Below are positions 9,076 to 18,931 of a DNA stretch of 62,999 bases, in pieces. Where the stretch lies: contig DATJXK010000177.1 of the NCBI GenBank assembly GCA_035500235.1, forward strand, positions 1 to 62,999, written 5' to 3'. A program made the translations under genes and the position numbers. Source of the DNA: Pseudomonadales bacterium (GTDB lineage: Bacteria > Verrucomicrobiota > Verrucomicrobiia > Limisphaerales > UBA11358). How positions within the stretch are numbered: position 1 is the stretch's first letter; each line of letters begins with the position of its first letter. Below the pieces are notes generated by a model. The model was not told the origin of the DNA, made no database searches, and saw only the letters and a list, made by a program, of their open reading frames with translations.

Positions 9076-10011
9076 TCATTTGTTGTAATACGTGGCGTGG
9101 GAAAAGAGCCACGCACTGTCGGAACCGGCATTGCCATTGATCTTTAAATACGAATTGTGCCAGGGGTGAAGCGACACGTGGCCGTCGGCAAAGGCGAAGG
9201 ACGTGGCAGCACCATGATTGGCCGCCGGCCGGTCCCCAATGGTTTGTCCCTGGCCATTTGGCCCGGGGGTACCGGAAAGTCCGAAGACGAGAAAGAAGCC
9301 GTCGTTCAAGCTCAGCGGATTTTCGTCCAAAAAGGTGAAACAATCCGAAGCACTTAAGCCTCCCCGGAAATCACTGTATTTTCTGAAGATGGCAAACGCG
9401 CCACTGCCGACTTCAGACGCATAATCCTTCGATTCAAAAAGTGTCGTGCCGCAGTAACCATTTTCGGAACAGGAACGGACGCGATGCTGATGCGAAACAG
9501 GGTCGATACCCAAAACATCCGCAGGGCAGACATAACTGCCGGGGGTTTTCATATAAGGCCCGATCGAGCCATTGATGGTTTTGCCGGAGACCGGATCCAC
9601 CGGCGGCCCAATGCCCAGAAGCGCAAGGTTGGTAGAAGCCCCAGCGGGGTCGTCTGTGGGACTGGATGATCCGTTTATAGTTCCCATGTAACCAGCCACC
9701 CAGTTCGGATCACTTCTGCCTAAGCCGATGGGATCAGGGCTGGGATAAACGATGCCACCGGACAGGAGACCTTTATGGCCTTCATTTCCAGGCAGTGCGT
9801 CACTGTTATCGCCCGCATAAATGATACTGGCGGTCTGCAATTGCTTCATGTTGTTGAGGCAATAGGTCGCTTTGGCGCGTTGCATGGCCTGCTGCAGGAC
9901 CGGCAAAAGGATCGCGGCCAGAATGGCGATAATGGCAATGACAACCAGCAATTCAATCAGAGTGAATGCGCCCCTGCGAACCCGGCGATGACTGACAAAT
10001 AATAACTTCAT
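9076..10011 (-). CDS. Prepilin-type N-terminal cleavage/methylation protein of the H-X9-DG (DUF1559-like) family, pseudopilin 1
   Basis: ATG at 10011 gives [47 protein letters not shown]. The track start at 10017 is GTG. The C-terminus has [15 protein letters not shown], which is H-X9-DG. It lies 27 nt downstream of a 15-bp hairpin that follows the giant lectin gene. Confidence 0.9.
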   Translation of the reverse strand: MKLLFVSHRRVRRGAFTLIELLVVIAIIAILAAILLPVLQQAMQRAKATYCLNNMKQLQTASIIYAGDNSDALPGNEGHKGLLSGGIVYPSPDPIGLGRSDPNWVAGYMGTINGSSSPTDDPAGASTNLALLGIGPPVDPVSGKTINGSIGPYMKTPGSYVCPADVLGIDPVSHQHRVRSCSENGYCGTTLFESKDYASEVGSGAFAIFRKYSDFRGGLSASDCFTFLDENPLSLNDGFFLVFGLSGTPGPNGQGQTIGDRPAANHGAATSFAFADGHVSLHPWHNSYLKINGNAGSDSAWLFSHATYYNK

Positions 10012-10038
10012 AATCACTGACTACTATTTTCTAACGAG

Positions 10039-10072
10039 CTTCTTTGGCAGCCGGAAACGGCTGCCAAAGAAG
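10039..10072 (-). terminator. Intercistronic stem-loop between giant lectin 1 and pseudopilin 1 (attenuator/processing/stability element; not a canonical terminator)
   Basis: CTTCTTTGGCAGCCG GAAA CGGCTGCCAAAGAAG forms a perfect 15-bp stem with a GAAA tetraloop. It lies 18 nt after the stop at 10091 and 27 nt before the ATG at 10011. No U-tract follows on the minus strand. Confidence 0.55.
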
Positions 10073-10090
10073 TATCAACCACGGTCGTTC

Positions 10091-13000
10091 TTATTGGTGA
10101 ATCTGCACCAGATAGAAGCGATGGTTTACAGAGAGCGGATCGCTCACGGTCTGCACAGTATTATTACCGCTGATGGACGCGCCCAAAGGTGTCCACGCCG
10201 GATCCATCAGGTTATTTTTGTATTCGACCTGATAGGTCCATCCGGTCTGAGCAAAGAATGACAAGTGAAAGCTGCCGCCGCTAACACTCGTGGTGACATA
10301 GGGAGAGGGCGACGTGGGGGTCAAGAGGAGGAAGTTGACGTTCACTTCCTGTTCGCCGTTGACCGTGGTGCCTTGCAATTGCAGCGTCTGTTGATTGCCA
10401 GTCAGCGTGACTTTGGCAGGATTGCCATTGGCATCGTTGAGCATGACCCACTCGTAACTGGACCAACCCCCTAATGGGATGGAGAAGGTGCCCAGGGCGC
10501 GGGTGGTCTGAGACGGGGTTTGGTAACCGGCGGTCAGGATAGCGAGTCCGGCGTGAGTAGGCGCGGCGCCTTCAGCAAACCGTCCGATGACATTGTAAGT
10601 GCCCGCTGGATAATGGCGGGTATAATTGGCCCAGGAATCCTGGCCGAAGGAGCCCATGGCGTAATCGGTACCGGACGCGAATTGGGCCCTGGGCAAATCA
10701 CCCGAGGTTTGGTCGGGGAAATTGATGCCATTATTCGGGCGGTAAGCGTAAGGCCGGGAGAACGCATTGGGATCGGCTTCCAGCATATCGACGCCGGCCG
10801 TGCTTCCGAGATTGGCATAAGCATCAACCGAGTTATCGAAGAACTGGCCAGTAACTCCGCCACTGGTATAGTCGTAATCTTCGCCTTCCAACTGATAATC
10901 AGAAGCGCTGAAGGTGGCGAAGGAGTTGGTGTAAGCTGTGGTGCCCACGGAATCCGTCAGCACGACAATAGCGGTGTAGAGCTGATTCGTTGGAATTGCG
11001 CAGCTCACAGTAGAAGCAAACGCAGAGCCGCTAATGGTCAAACCGGACTGCTTCACGCCATTCAAATACAGCGAGATATTACCGGCAGTAAAGCCGACCG
11101 AAGAATTCGCCGTGAAACTCACGGTATTCGACGGCTGGAACATAGCGGTGCCATCCGGGCTGAAGTTGCTGACAAATGGCGGCGGATTATTATTCAGGTT
11201 GGCCGGCACGAGCATGTAGAAGTTCAGGTTACAACCTGCGTTGATAAACGACATTCTCAAGGTCTGCAGCACGTTGTTGGTACCGGCAAAGCGGGCGGGA
11301 TAACCGCCAGAATTCATGACCGGGCTCCAGGTGTATTTTTGCCAGTTACCCGTGGCGGGCGCGTTAAAGGTGCCCAATTGCGACAGGGTTTGATTGGCTG
11401 ATCCGTAACCACTGGTGACCAGGCTAAAGCTGCCGGCATTGGCCGTGGCATTACCGTTACCATTCGCGGACCGGACATAGATATTATATACTCCGGCGGG
11501 ATAATGCCGGGTGTAATTTCCCCATTGGCCACCCGAGGTAAAGCCAATGTCGAAGTCGATAAACGGAAGGTCGTCAATGGGATTGGTGGTATTGAGGTAA
11601 GACAGGCGAGGAATATCGCCATTGGGTTCAGTATTGAGGTTGGCGTCATCGCCGACAGTTCCACGGCTGTAGGAATTATGGCCCGGCCCACCCTGGCAGT
11701 ATGAATCGATATTTTCCACTCCGTTGTAGCCAAAATAAGCATTGGTTTGCGGATTATCGAAATAGCCACCGCCATTGTAGTCCCAATCTTCGGCTTCCCA
11801 TGTGTAATAGTTGGGATTAATGGTATCAAACGAAAGGGTGGCTGTGCTGCCATTGTTGGCACCGTCCGTGATAAGGAAGGTGAGCGAATAAACGGCATCT
11901 GTGGTCAACAGGAAGCTGACGCTTTTGTTGGTTGAATTTCCGGTGACAGTCAACCCGCTGGAGGGGGTGAGCGTTTGAGAGAAAGCGCCTCCCGTAAGGC
12001 TGTTTCCCTGGACTTCGACAACGATGTTGTTAACGCCGTTGCTGGAGATAACAGAACAATTAAAGGTGTTCGTTTGCTGGAATTGATAGGTACCATCGGG
12101 GAATTCGTTAGTTACGTAACCCGCACCGACCGGGGGAATATTGGTATTGAGCGGGAGCAACATGAAGAAGTTTTCATTACAATTTCCGCCATCAATGGTC
12201 ATGCGCAAGGTTGACGCGGTACCATCATTGGGAACGGTCAGCACCGCGGGACTGCCGGTGCTATCCACAAGAGAGTACCAACCGTAAGTCTGCCAGCCGG
12301 TCGATTTGACGGAATAGTAGTAAGGCCCCGAGTTGGCAAACGAAGCGGTACCAGCGACGACGGAGATATCACCGGCGTTGCTTTGGGGGCCGTTGCCGTC
12401 AGCGGCGCGCACGAATACGTTGTACTGCCCGGGAGGATAGTGGCGGGTATAGTTACCCCAGTTACCACCGTTATTGAAACCGAGATCGTAATCTGATTTG
12501 CCCGAACCCATGTAGGGCAAGCGCGGAACATCACCGGCGCCTTCGGTCTCCAAACCTTGAGGGCGATAGTCTGAGTTTCCTTGTCCGGGAGAAGTGTTGT
12601 TGTAATCCACTCCTGAGGTGGAGGCCTTGCCGGCGTAAGCATTGGTTTGAGGATTATCCACGAACAACCCGGCGATGCTATTGCTGGTAAAATCGAAATC
12701 TTCCGCTTCCCAGGTGTAGGCCGGCGAAATGGTGTCAAAGGAAAGGTTGTTGGTGGTGGAAGCGCTATTGATATCCGTCACGATAATCTGAGCGGCATAG
12801 AGCGTGTTGGTGATTAACGGAGCGGTAACATTTTGATTATTGGCGTTGCCGGTAATGGTCAACCCGCTGGAACTGGTCAGCGTTTGTGGAAAACCCTGCA
12901 CGCCAAACACGGTGGTGGGCGTGAGCTTTACGGAAACGTTGGCGATGCCAGCCGAGGACGCAGCGGTGAACGTCAGTGTTTTGGAATATTGGAACTGGTA

Positions 13001-13135
13001 TGAGCCGTTGGGAAATGCTCCTGAGATAGTTGGCTGAGCAATAGCACTCTGACCGAAGAAGGCCAGGGCTGCCACGAGGCCTACTGAGGATGCAAAGGAT
13101 TTCATTTGCGAAATAAATGGATGGTTCTTTTTCAT
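10091..13135 (-). CDS. Giant secreted non-catalytic protein: 3 x (Ig-like + CBM6/35-like module) + C-terminal FY.. domain
   Basis: 1014 aa with a signal peptide (SVGLVAALAFFGQSAIAQ). Three tandem ~300-aa modules lie at about nt 13033-12146, 12145-11198 and 11197-10316. Each has WEAEDFDF / WEAEDWDY / LEGEDYDY and W(G/A)NYTRHYP(P/A)G.YN(V/I). The 69-aa tail (10091-10300) ends in NHRFYLVQIHQ. Confidence 0.85.
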   Translation of the reverse strand: MKKNHPFISQMKSFASSVGLVAALAFFGQSAIAQPTISGAFPNGSYQFQYSKTLTFTAASSAGIANVSVKLTPTTVFGVQGFPQTLTSSSGLTITGNANNQNVTAPLITNTLYAAQIIVTDINSASTTNNLSFDTISPAYTWEAEDFDFTSNSIAGLFVDNPQTNAYAGKASTSGVDYNNTSPGQGNSDYRPQGLETEGAGDVPRLPYMGSGKSDYDLGFNNGGNWGNYTRHYPPGQYNVFVRAADGNGPQSNAGDISVVAGTASFANSGPYYYSVKSTGWQTYGWYSLVDSTGSPAVLTVPNDGTASTLRMTIDGGNCNENFFMLLPLNTNIPPVGAGYVTNEFPDGTYQFQQTNTFNCSVISSNGVNNIVVEVQGNSLTGGAFSQTLTPSSGLTVTGNSTNKSVSFLLTTDAVYSLTFLITDGANNGSTATLSFDTINPNYYTWEAEDWDYNGGGYFDNPQTNAYFGYNGVENIDSYCQGGPGHNSYSRGTVGDDANLNTEPNGDIPRLSYLNTTNPIDDLPFIDFDIGFTSGGQWGNYTRHYPAGVYNIYVRSANGNGNATANAGSFSLVTSGYGSANQTLSQLGTFNAPATGNWQKYTWSPVMNSGGYPARFAGTNNVLQTLRMSFINAGCNLNFYMLVPANLNNNPPPFVSNFSPDGTAMFQPSNTVSFTANSSVGFTAGNISLYLNGVKQSGLTISGSAFASTVSCAIPTNQLYTAIVVLTDSVGTTAYTNSFATFSASDYQLEGEDYDYTSGGVTGQFFDNSVDAYANLGSTAGVDMLEADPNAFSRPYAYRPNNGINFPDQTSGDLPRAQFASGTDYAMGSFGQDSWANYTRHYPAGTYNVIGRFAEGAAPTHAGLAILTAGYQTPSQTTRALGTFSIPLGGWSSYEWVMLNDANGNPAKVTLTGNQQTLQLQGTTVNGEQEVNVNFLLLTPTSPSPYVTTSVSGGSFHLSFFAQTGWTYQVEYKNNLMDPAWTPLGASISGNNTVQTVSDPLSVNHRFYLVQIHQ

Positions 13136-13188
13136 GGGTTGTTAGGCTGTTTCGAGTTTTAAAATAGCACTGTGCCCCTGTAAGAAAC

Positions 13189-13208
13189 TATCCCCGAAAG
13201 CGGGGATA
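13189..13208. promoter_or_regulatory. ATCCCC-loop-GGGGAT hairpin, copy C (TATCCCCG AAAG CGGGGATA)
   Basis: Perfect 8-bp stem, 53 nt upstream of the giant lectin ATG (13135). It is about 260 nt from the previous gene's stop, so it is not a 3'-end element. Confidence 0.6.
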
Positions 13209-13285
13209 TTATCACTTGACATTCTAAAGGACCTATTTAAGCCGCGAAACACGAGCGGGAGAGTCTCTATTTTAGACTTCAATTT

Positions 13286-13309
13286 CAGCACCCAAGGGGC
13301 TGTTTTTTT
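13286..13309 (+). terminator. Orphan plus-strand terminator-like hairpin + T7 tract
   Basis: CAGCACCC AA GGGGCTG forms a 6-bp stem with one bulge, followed by TTTTTTT. It lies in an intergenic region flanked only by minus-strand genes. Confidence 0.3.
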
Positions 13310-13470
13310 CCAACCACAACTATCGCACGCCTGCCAACTTAAACATAACGATAAGAACAGCTTGCACTATTTAATAAACAACTTACGGCGATTAGAGAAC
13401 CGCAGGAATCATGGCAATGACTACTTCCTTGCATAGATTCTCCAGGGCAACAAGTCGCATGAAACGATAT

Positions 13471-15192
13471 TTAGGGCGCGAGGCGGGAGGTCGTCACGGT
13501 ATGAGTTACTCCACTATCATTGCAGGCATCCACCGTGAAATAATATACCACGCCAGTATTCAATGAGTTAATGTTGGCCTCCGTGGCGTGGTATATCTGG
13601 TAGTTATTGTATAAACGATCCGGCGCTATGCCGTAGCGAACGATGTAGAAATCAGCCCCGGTTGATGGACTCCAGGCAACAATTGCTTTTCGTCCGTCGC
13701 CCGGCTTGCGTTGCACCGTAAAAGTTTGAACCGGCGCCGGCGCATGCCCGAGGCCATTGCCGAAAATTCGGAAACCACTGACAGAAAAAAACGCCTGCGC
13801 GGGGCAATGGACATTTACAAGCCGGAGATATCGGGCCCGGACGGGATGATCCAACGGCTCATAGTCGTTCGGCGCATCGCGATGATTATCGCTGCGATCT
13901 AATATTTTGTTCCATTTCACTCCATCGCTCGAAGCTTCGACATAGTATTGATACGCATCGTCCCGCAATTTGCCATGAGCTTGCGCGCCCTGGTCGGCAA
14001 AATTAATTTGAATCGCGTCAACGTCGCAAATTTTTCCCAAGTCTACCTTTAGCCACTCGCCTGCGTTACCTGTTTTGGCCGACCACCAGGTTTGGATATT
14101 TTCATCGAAGGCATTAGTCGCCGAAAAACCAGCAAGTTCGGATGAAGCTTCAGCTTTTTTGTCATATGACAACAACATCCAGCCGGTGGCATTTTCATTC
14201 GGACCGGAATTTTTGGCGCCGGGCAGAAACTGCGGATAATCGCCGAGGCCGGTATTGCAATACATCTGGCCATCGTCAGTGAAACCGACGGGAAACAAAC
14301 CAATACGACGCTCAAACATGTGGCGCACAGAAATAACCATCGTCACGACACGCCACCAGTTGCTCTGCGCGTCCTGAAAGGTTCCGCTATGGCCCGCGCC
14401 AGTGACGAATCCCGTGGGCTTTTGAGAAAAAGGACTGTAGGGGGCATACGTGAACGGCCCTTTAGGCGTAGTGCCAACGAAGATGCCATCGGCGTAGCTA
14501 TGAAATTGGGTGCCCGGCGCGGCATACTGGAGGTAATACTTTCCACCGTGTTTGGTCATCCATGCGCCTTCGATCCAGCTATCCCCTGCTCCATCGTTTT
14601 CGTTGCCGGGAACTTCCCAGCCTCGATGAGGGGGATCGCAATTCAGGCAAACGAGGGGTTGGCCAATCTCTTTGAATTGATGCGCGGGATCCAATTCGAC
14701 GACGTTGATGCCTCCATTGGCGCTGCAACCGTAATAAATGTAAACGCGGCTGTCGTCATCCTGGAACAAGTCCGGGTCGGGATAGGAATTCAGGTCGCCC
14801 ACCTTAATCCATTTTCCTGAATAAGGATCTTCGGCGCAATAAATCGCCCGGGTATTAAAGGCGGTATAGTACAATTGGCCGTTGATGACGGCCGGGGCGG
14901 GCGCGTAGTCTTCGATGGGCAACTGGCCTCCCTCCACAAAGGTCCAATGGCAAAAATCTTTTGAATGCCAATAACCGCCGCTCTTGGAAGCGAACAGCCA
15001 GTATTCATCTTTATAACGCACGACGGCCGGATCGGCAGCTTCGCGCCGCACGGGATCGTCCAATTGAAAGCGGTAATCCAGGTCCAATGGATTACAATAT
15101 GTGCCGGGCAGATCGGCAGCAGGAGCGATGGAAATTCCGAAGAGGGTTATTATCCCGGCGAGGCAAGCTGACAATGCCTGGTTCAATGACAT
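13471..15192 (-). CDS. GH43 glycoside hydrolase with F5/8 type C (discoidin) and Fn3-like domains
   Basis: 573 aa with a signal peptide. GH43 motifs: EAADPAVVRYKDEYWLFAS and IEGAWMTKHGGKYYLQY. Discoidin-like module: NAFDENIQTWWSAKTGNAGEWLKVDLG..RYLRLVNV. Fn3-like tail. Confidence 0.85.
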   Translation of the reverse strand: MSLNQALSACLAGIITLFGISIAPAADLPGTYCNPLDLDYRFQLDDPVRREAADPAVVRYKDEYWLFASKSGGYWHSKDFCHWTFVEGGQLPIEDYAPAPAVINGQLYYTAFNTRAIYCAEDPYSGKWIKVGDLNSYPDPDLFQDDDSRVYIYYGCSANGGINVVELDPAHQFKEIGQPLVCLNCDPPHRGWEVPGNENDGAGDSWIEGAWMTKHGGKYYLQYAAPGTQFHSYADGIFVGTTPKGPFTYAPYSPFSQKPTGFVTGAGHSGTFQDAQSNWWRVVTMVISVRHMFERRIGLFPVGFTDDGQMYCNTGLGDYPQFLPGAKNSGPNENATGWMLLSYDKKAEASSELAGFSATNAFDENIQTWWSAKTGNAGEWLKVDLGKICDVDAIQINFADQGAQAHGKLRDDAYQYYVEASSDGVKWNKILDRSDNHRDAPNDYEPLDHPVRARYLRLVNVHCPAQAFFSVSGFRIFGNGLGHAPAPVQTFTVQRKPGDGRKAIVAWSPSTGADFYIVRYGIAPDRLYNNYQIYHATEANINSLNTGVVYYFTVDACNDSGVTHTVTTSRLAP

Positions 15193-15260
15193 ATTTTGAA
15201 AAGTGCGCCGCGAAACGGCGGCGGGAAATTGTCTGCTTAAGAGCCTAAAATGCCCAGCGA

Positions 15261-16535
15261 TTATTTATCGCTGGCGTTATTGGCAATGACAAACGGGTGG
15301 CTGCCGTGAGTAATGACGCGGGCTTTGCCGGTAAAAATATTATCGGAAACAACGGCGCGCCGGACATTTTCGCCCAATTCGACTTGCGGTTTGTTCTCCT
15401 GGAATTCGCAGCCGCGAATGAGGATGGTGCCACCATCTCCCTGGATGGCCGCGCGGCCTTCTTTATTCCGGTCCCATTGCACAAAGGTACAATCGCCGAA
15501 GCCGACGGTACCGGTTCCGTCTAATTTGGCGATTTGATTGCAGGGGCCCCAAAAGGCGCAATTTTCAAAGCGAACGCTGCCGGAATTGTCCGCGCCGACC
15601 CGCACCATGGTCGGATCTGGGCCATGAAACGAGGTAAACTCGCCATTGGAAATGAGGAGGCCGAACGGGGCGCTGTCCTCAACATCCACGGAGGTAAAGC
15701 AATCGTCGGCGCCGATGCCCAAGAAATTGCCGTTGCACATGCCGGTGCCGGATTTGACGAATTTATAGCCGATGTTGTAGCCGTAACAGAAGGTGTTGAA
15801 GACGTACTGCCAATCGCTGCGGGCAAAAATGAACGCTTCACCATGTTCCTGCTGCCAATGGAAAAGCCCGGGACGCACGCTCCACCAGGGGTTAAAATGG
15901 ACGTCCTCGATCCGGCCGATGTCGTAGATTTCATCCACAAAAATACCACGCCGCAGCGGCTGGCCCTGGACGTCGCGAATCAAATGGCGTTCGTTATCGG
16001 AGGCATCAATGCCGTTGTAGGGGTTGAGGAGTTCGACGTCCAGCACGGCGGGGTTTTTGCCGCGCATGGCAATGGCCCACGGATAGGGCTTGGGCTCGTC
16101 ATCAGAAATTTGGTTGGGATAGAAAATGACGATGCCCTTTAAGGTACTGTTATCATGCAGGGTGATGAACGGGGCGCCATCCTCGTGGCCTTCGTTTTCC
16201 GTGACTAAAAAAGTCGTGCCGCCATCCACGGGTTTGGAAGCGCCGTGGTCACGATAGCCGTTGTGGGCAGGGACGGATTCCCAAATGCCTTTGAGGGTCA
16301 CTGCGCGGGGCAAATCAAGGTGGCCGGCAAAAAAATAGTTGCCGCCTGGGGCGTAAACGATTCCCCCGCCCGCCTGCGACGCTGCGTCCAGCGCCTTTTG
16401 GAATGCCGCCGTATCATCCGTCTTACCGTCGGCTTTAGCCCCAAAATCGAGGACGGAATAGACTTCTGAATCCGGGGCAGCGGACACGAACGCCGCGAGC
16501 CCAAACGTTAAAAAAAGAATCAGACTTTTCTTCAT
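15261..16535 (-). CDS. Secreted parallel beta-helix glycosidase (Pectate_lyase_3-type, GH55/GH28-like)
   Basis: ATG at 16535 gives the signal peptide MKKSLILFLTFGLAAFVSA. The track start at 16580 is further upstream. The N-terminus YSVLDFGAKADGKTDDTAAFQKALDAA..GGIVYAPGGNY is the classic Pectate_lyase_3 opening, followed by beta-helix-like repeats. Confidence 0.7.
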   Translation of the reverse strand: MKKSLILFLTFGLAAFVSAAPDSEVYSVLDFGAKADGKTDDTAAFQKALDAASQAGGGIVYAPGGNYFFAGHLDLPRAVTLKGIWESVPAHNGYRDHGASKPVDGGTTFLVTENEGHEDGAPFITLHDNSTLKGIVIFYPNQISDDEPKPYPWAIAMRGKNPAVLDVELLNPYNGIDASDNERHLIRDVQGQPLRRGIFVDEIYDIGRIEDVHFNPWWSVRPGLFHWQQEHGEAFIFARSDWQYVFNTFCYGYNIGYKFVKSGTGMCNGNFLGIGADDCFTSVDVEDSAPFGLLISNGEFTSFHGPDPTMVRVGADNSGSVRFENCAFWGPCNQIAKLDGTGTVGFGDCTFVQWDRNKEGRAAIQGDGGTILIRGCEFQENKPQVELGENVRRAVVSDNIFTGKARVITHGSHPFVIANNASDK

Positions 16536-16655
16536 TCGACTATCTTCCCATGCCAAGTAAAACCTGGATTTTTGGCCCATTTAAATTTCCGCTGAAACGT
16601 TTCATGTGATTATGCCACAGGTTATTAATATACAAATAAATGATTTCTTCGGGCA

Positions 16656-16671
16656 TCCCCGAAATCGGGGA
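16656..16671. promoter_or_regulatory. ATCCCC-loop-GGGGAT hairpin, copy D (TCCCCG AAAT CGGGGA)
   Basis: 6-bp stem, 10 nt after the GH3 stop (16682) and 120 nt upstream of the beta-helix glycosidase ATG (16535). Confidence 0.55.
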
Positions 16672-16681
16672 GCCGTGAAAT

Positions 16682-18931
16682 TTATTTTAAAACGAATTTC
16701 GTGGAAAGAGCGGCGTCGGAACTTCCGCCGACGCTGACGGTAAATTCGCCCGGTTCGACCTGCCACTCCTGGCTGGCGCCCCAAACGGCCAGTTCCCTGC
16801 GGGGAACCTGGAGGGTGATGGATTGCTTTTCCCCTGCCTTCAAATGGACCCGGGAAAATGCCTTAAGCGCTTCAACCGGCGTGGCCACGCTGGCGGTGGT
16901 TTCCCGCACATACACTTGCGCCACTTCGTCGCCATCGCGTTGGCCGGTATTCGTCAGATCAAACGACACGGACAGGTCGTTGGTGCCTCCCGGGGCTGAG
17001 ACATTCAGATGGCTGTATTTGAAGGTCGTGTAACTCAATCCATACCCAAAGACAAACTGCGGTGAGTCATCGCCATTGATGTAATTGCTATTCTTCGAAG
17101 GAAAGTGATTGTAGAAAACTGGCAACTGGCCAACGTTTTTCGGAAAGGTCACGGGCAACCGTCCGGCGGGGTTGTTGTCGCCAAACAGGGTTTCCGCGAT
17201 GGCGCGTCCGCCGAATTCGCCGGGATACCATGCCTCCAGGATGGCAGACACATTTTTCGCCGCCCACGGAATGGTCAGCGCCCGGCCATTTTGCAGAACC
17301 AGTACGACAGGCACGCCGGTTTTAACCACGGCTTCCAAAAGCTCTTCCTGGTTCCCGGGAAGGTTTAAGTCCGAGCGATCAAAGCCTTCGCCGGAAATGC
17401 CCTTCTTCTCGCCCAACGCCAGGATGACAACATCGGACTTTTTGGCCAATGCGACGGCACTTTTAATATCATCGCCGTCGGAAAAAGAGACTTTGGTTTC
17501 CGGTGAGACGATTTTTTGAATTTGCTGGAACACGCCAAATTCAGGGCCCTCTTTAGCGACATCCGCGTAGTCGCCGAGGCGTGTCGTATTACCGTTTGGG
17601 CCGATGACGGCAATTTGGCGCACATTTTTCTTTAGGGGCAAAAGGTGGTTTTCATTTTTTAACAGGCACATGGACTGGCGGGCGACTGCGAGTGAAAGGT
17701 CCAAGTGATCAGGCGACCGGCGAACCGATTCATCCAAATTCGTATCGACGAATGGATGGTCAAAGAGCCCGAGGAGAAATTTCACGCGAAGGATACGCGC
17801 CACGGCGGCATCCAACGCAGCCTCTGTGACTTGGCCATTCTTTACGCCGTTAATAATGGCGTTTTGAAATACGTCGTGGCCGAAATCGTAGAACTGCATA
17901 TCCACGCCGGAATTGAGCGCCAGGCAGGCGGCGTCAGCAGGTGTGGCGGCGACATGATGGGTATCATAAAGCCGGCGGATGGCGCCGAGGTCAGACAGAA
18001 CAAATCCTTGAAATCCCCATTCGTCCTTGAGGACTTTCTGGAGCAGCCAGGGATTGGCGGTACAGGGCACACCGTCAATGTCATGATAGGCAGCCATGAC
18101 GCCCATTGCGTGGCCTTCACGAATGGCCGGCTCAAACGACTTGAGCATGACGGTGCGGACTTCCCGCTCGCCAGCGTGAACCGGTGAAGTGTTCAGTCCG
18201 CTTTCCGGCGAACCATGCCCGGCGAAGTGCTTTGGCTCGGCGATGCAATTATGATCCGAAGCCAGGGAATCGCCTTGCATGCCTTCGACGTAATTCAGGC
18301 CGAGTTGGCCGGATAAAAAAGGGTCTTCTCCAAAATCTTCTTCCACACGGCCCCAGCGCGGGTCGCGCGCGACATCCAGGACGGGCGCCAGAATCATGTC
18401 CACGCCATCGGCCCGGGCCTCGGCGGCAATGGCTGCGCCGGTTTTTTTGGCCAAATCCACATTCCAGGTGGTGGCCAGGTTGACGCTTTGGGGGAAAACG
18501 GTTTGGTCGTATCCCATGTAACCGTGCAAACCTTCTTCGATGAAAAGCGCAGGAATGCCCAGGCGATTCGATTTAATCACCCAGGCCTGGATGGCGTTGT
18601 ATAATTGCGGCTGCGGATAAAGGTCGTGGATAGATCCAACGCCGAGGTTGCCAAGAACGTGTTCCGCATTTTTGGGATCAAAAGCGGCACCCGGTTTAGC
18701 ATGGGTATCATCGCGCCGTTGGCTGGCCGCCAGGAAGTCACTGGAACCGGAATACATGTCCAATTGCCGCACCTTCTCTTCAATCGTCATGCGGCCCAAC
18801 AAATCCTGAACCCGCTGGTCAACGGGTAGATTGGAATTTTGATAGGGTGCATTGGGAGTTTGGGCGTTGGATATTTTATTAAAGAAAATAAACGCAAAAA
18901 CGACCGACACGCATACTAATTTATTCTTCAT
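16682..18931 (-). CDS. GH3 beta-glucosidase (BglX-like)
   Basis: ATG at 18931 (MKNKLVCVSVVFAFIFFNKISNA). Motifs: LGIPALFIEEGLHG, KHFAGHG and GFVLSDLGAI (nucleophile Asp). Fn3-like C-terminus: VAQVYVRE..LKAFSRVHL. Confidence 0.9.
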   Translation of the reverse strand: MKNKLVCVSVVFAFIFFNKISNAQTPNAPYQNSNLPVDQRVQDLLGRMTIEEKVRQLDMYSGSSDFLAASQRRDDTHAKPGAAFDPKNAEHVLGNLGVGSIHDLYPQPQLYNAIQAWVIKSNRLGIPALFIEEGLHGYMGYDQTVFPQSVNLATTWNVDLAKKTGAAIAAEARADGVDMILAPVLDVARDPRWGRVEEDFGEDPFLSGQLGLNYVEGMQGDSLASDHNCIAEPKHFAGHGSPESGLNTSPVHAGEREVRTVMLKSFEPAIREGHAMGVMAAYHDIDGVPCTANPWLLQKVLKDEWGFQGFVLSDLGAIRRLYDTHHVAATPADAACLALNSGVDMQFYDFGHDVFQNAIINGVKNGQVTEAALDAAVARILRVKFLLGLFDHPFVDTNLDESVRRSPDHLDLSLAVARQSMCLLKNENHLLPLKKNVRQIAVIGPNGNTTRLGDYADVAKEGPEFGVFQQIQKIVSPETKVSFSDGDDIKSAVALAKKSDVVILALGEKKGISGEGFDRSDLNLPGNQEELLEAVVKTGVPVVLVLQNGRALTIPWAAKNVSAILEAWYPGEFGGRAIAETLFGDNNPAGRLPVTFPKNVGQLPVFYNHFPSKNSNYINGDDSPQFVFGYGLSYTTFKYSHLNVSAPGGTNDLSVSFDLTNTGQRDGDEVAQVYVRETTASVATPVEALKAFSRVHLKAGEKQSITLQVPRRELAVWGASQEWQVEPGEFTVSVGGSSDAALSTKFVLK

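Noticed and set aside
15206-15220. Small hairpin CGCCG-CGAAA-CGGCG, 14 nt upstream of the GH43 start, as a ninth member of the hairpin family. A degenerate TCTCCGAAACGGCA lies at about 49331-49345.
   Set aside because: Only the CG-AAA-CG core is shared. The ATCCCC/GGGGAT arms are missing and the stems are 3-5 bp. These are too weak to count as family members without statistics.
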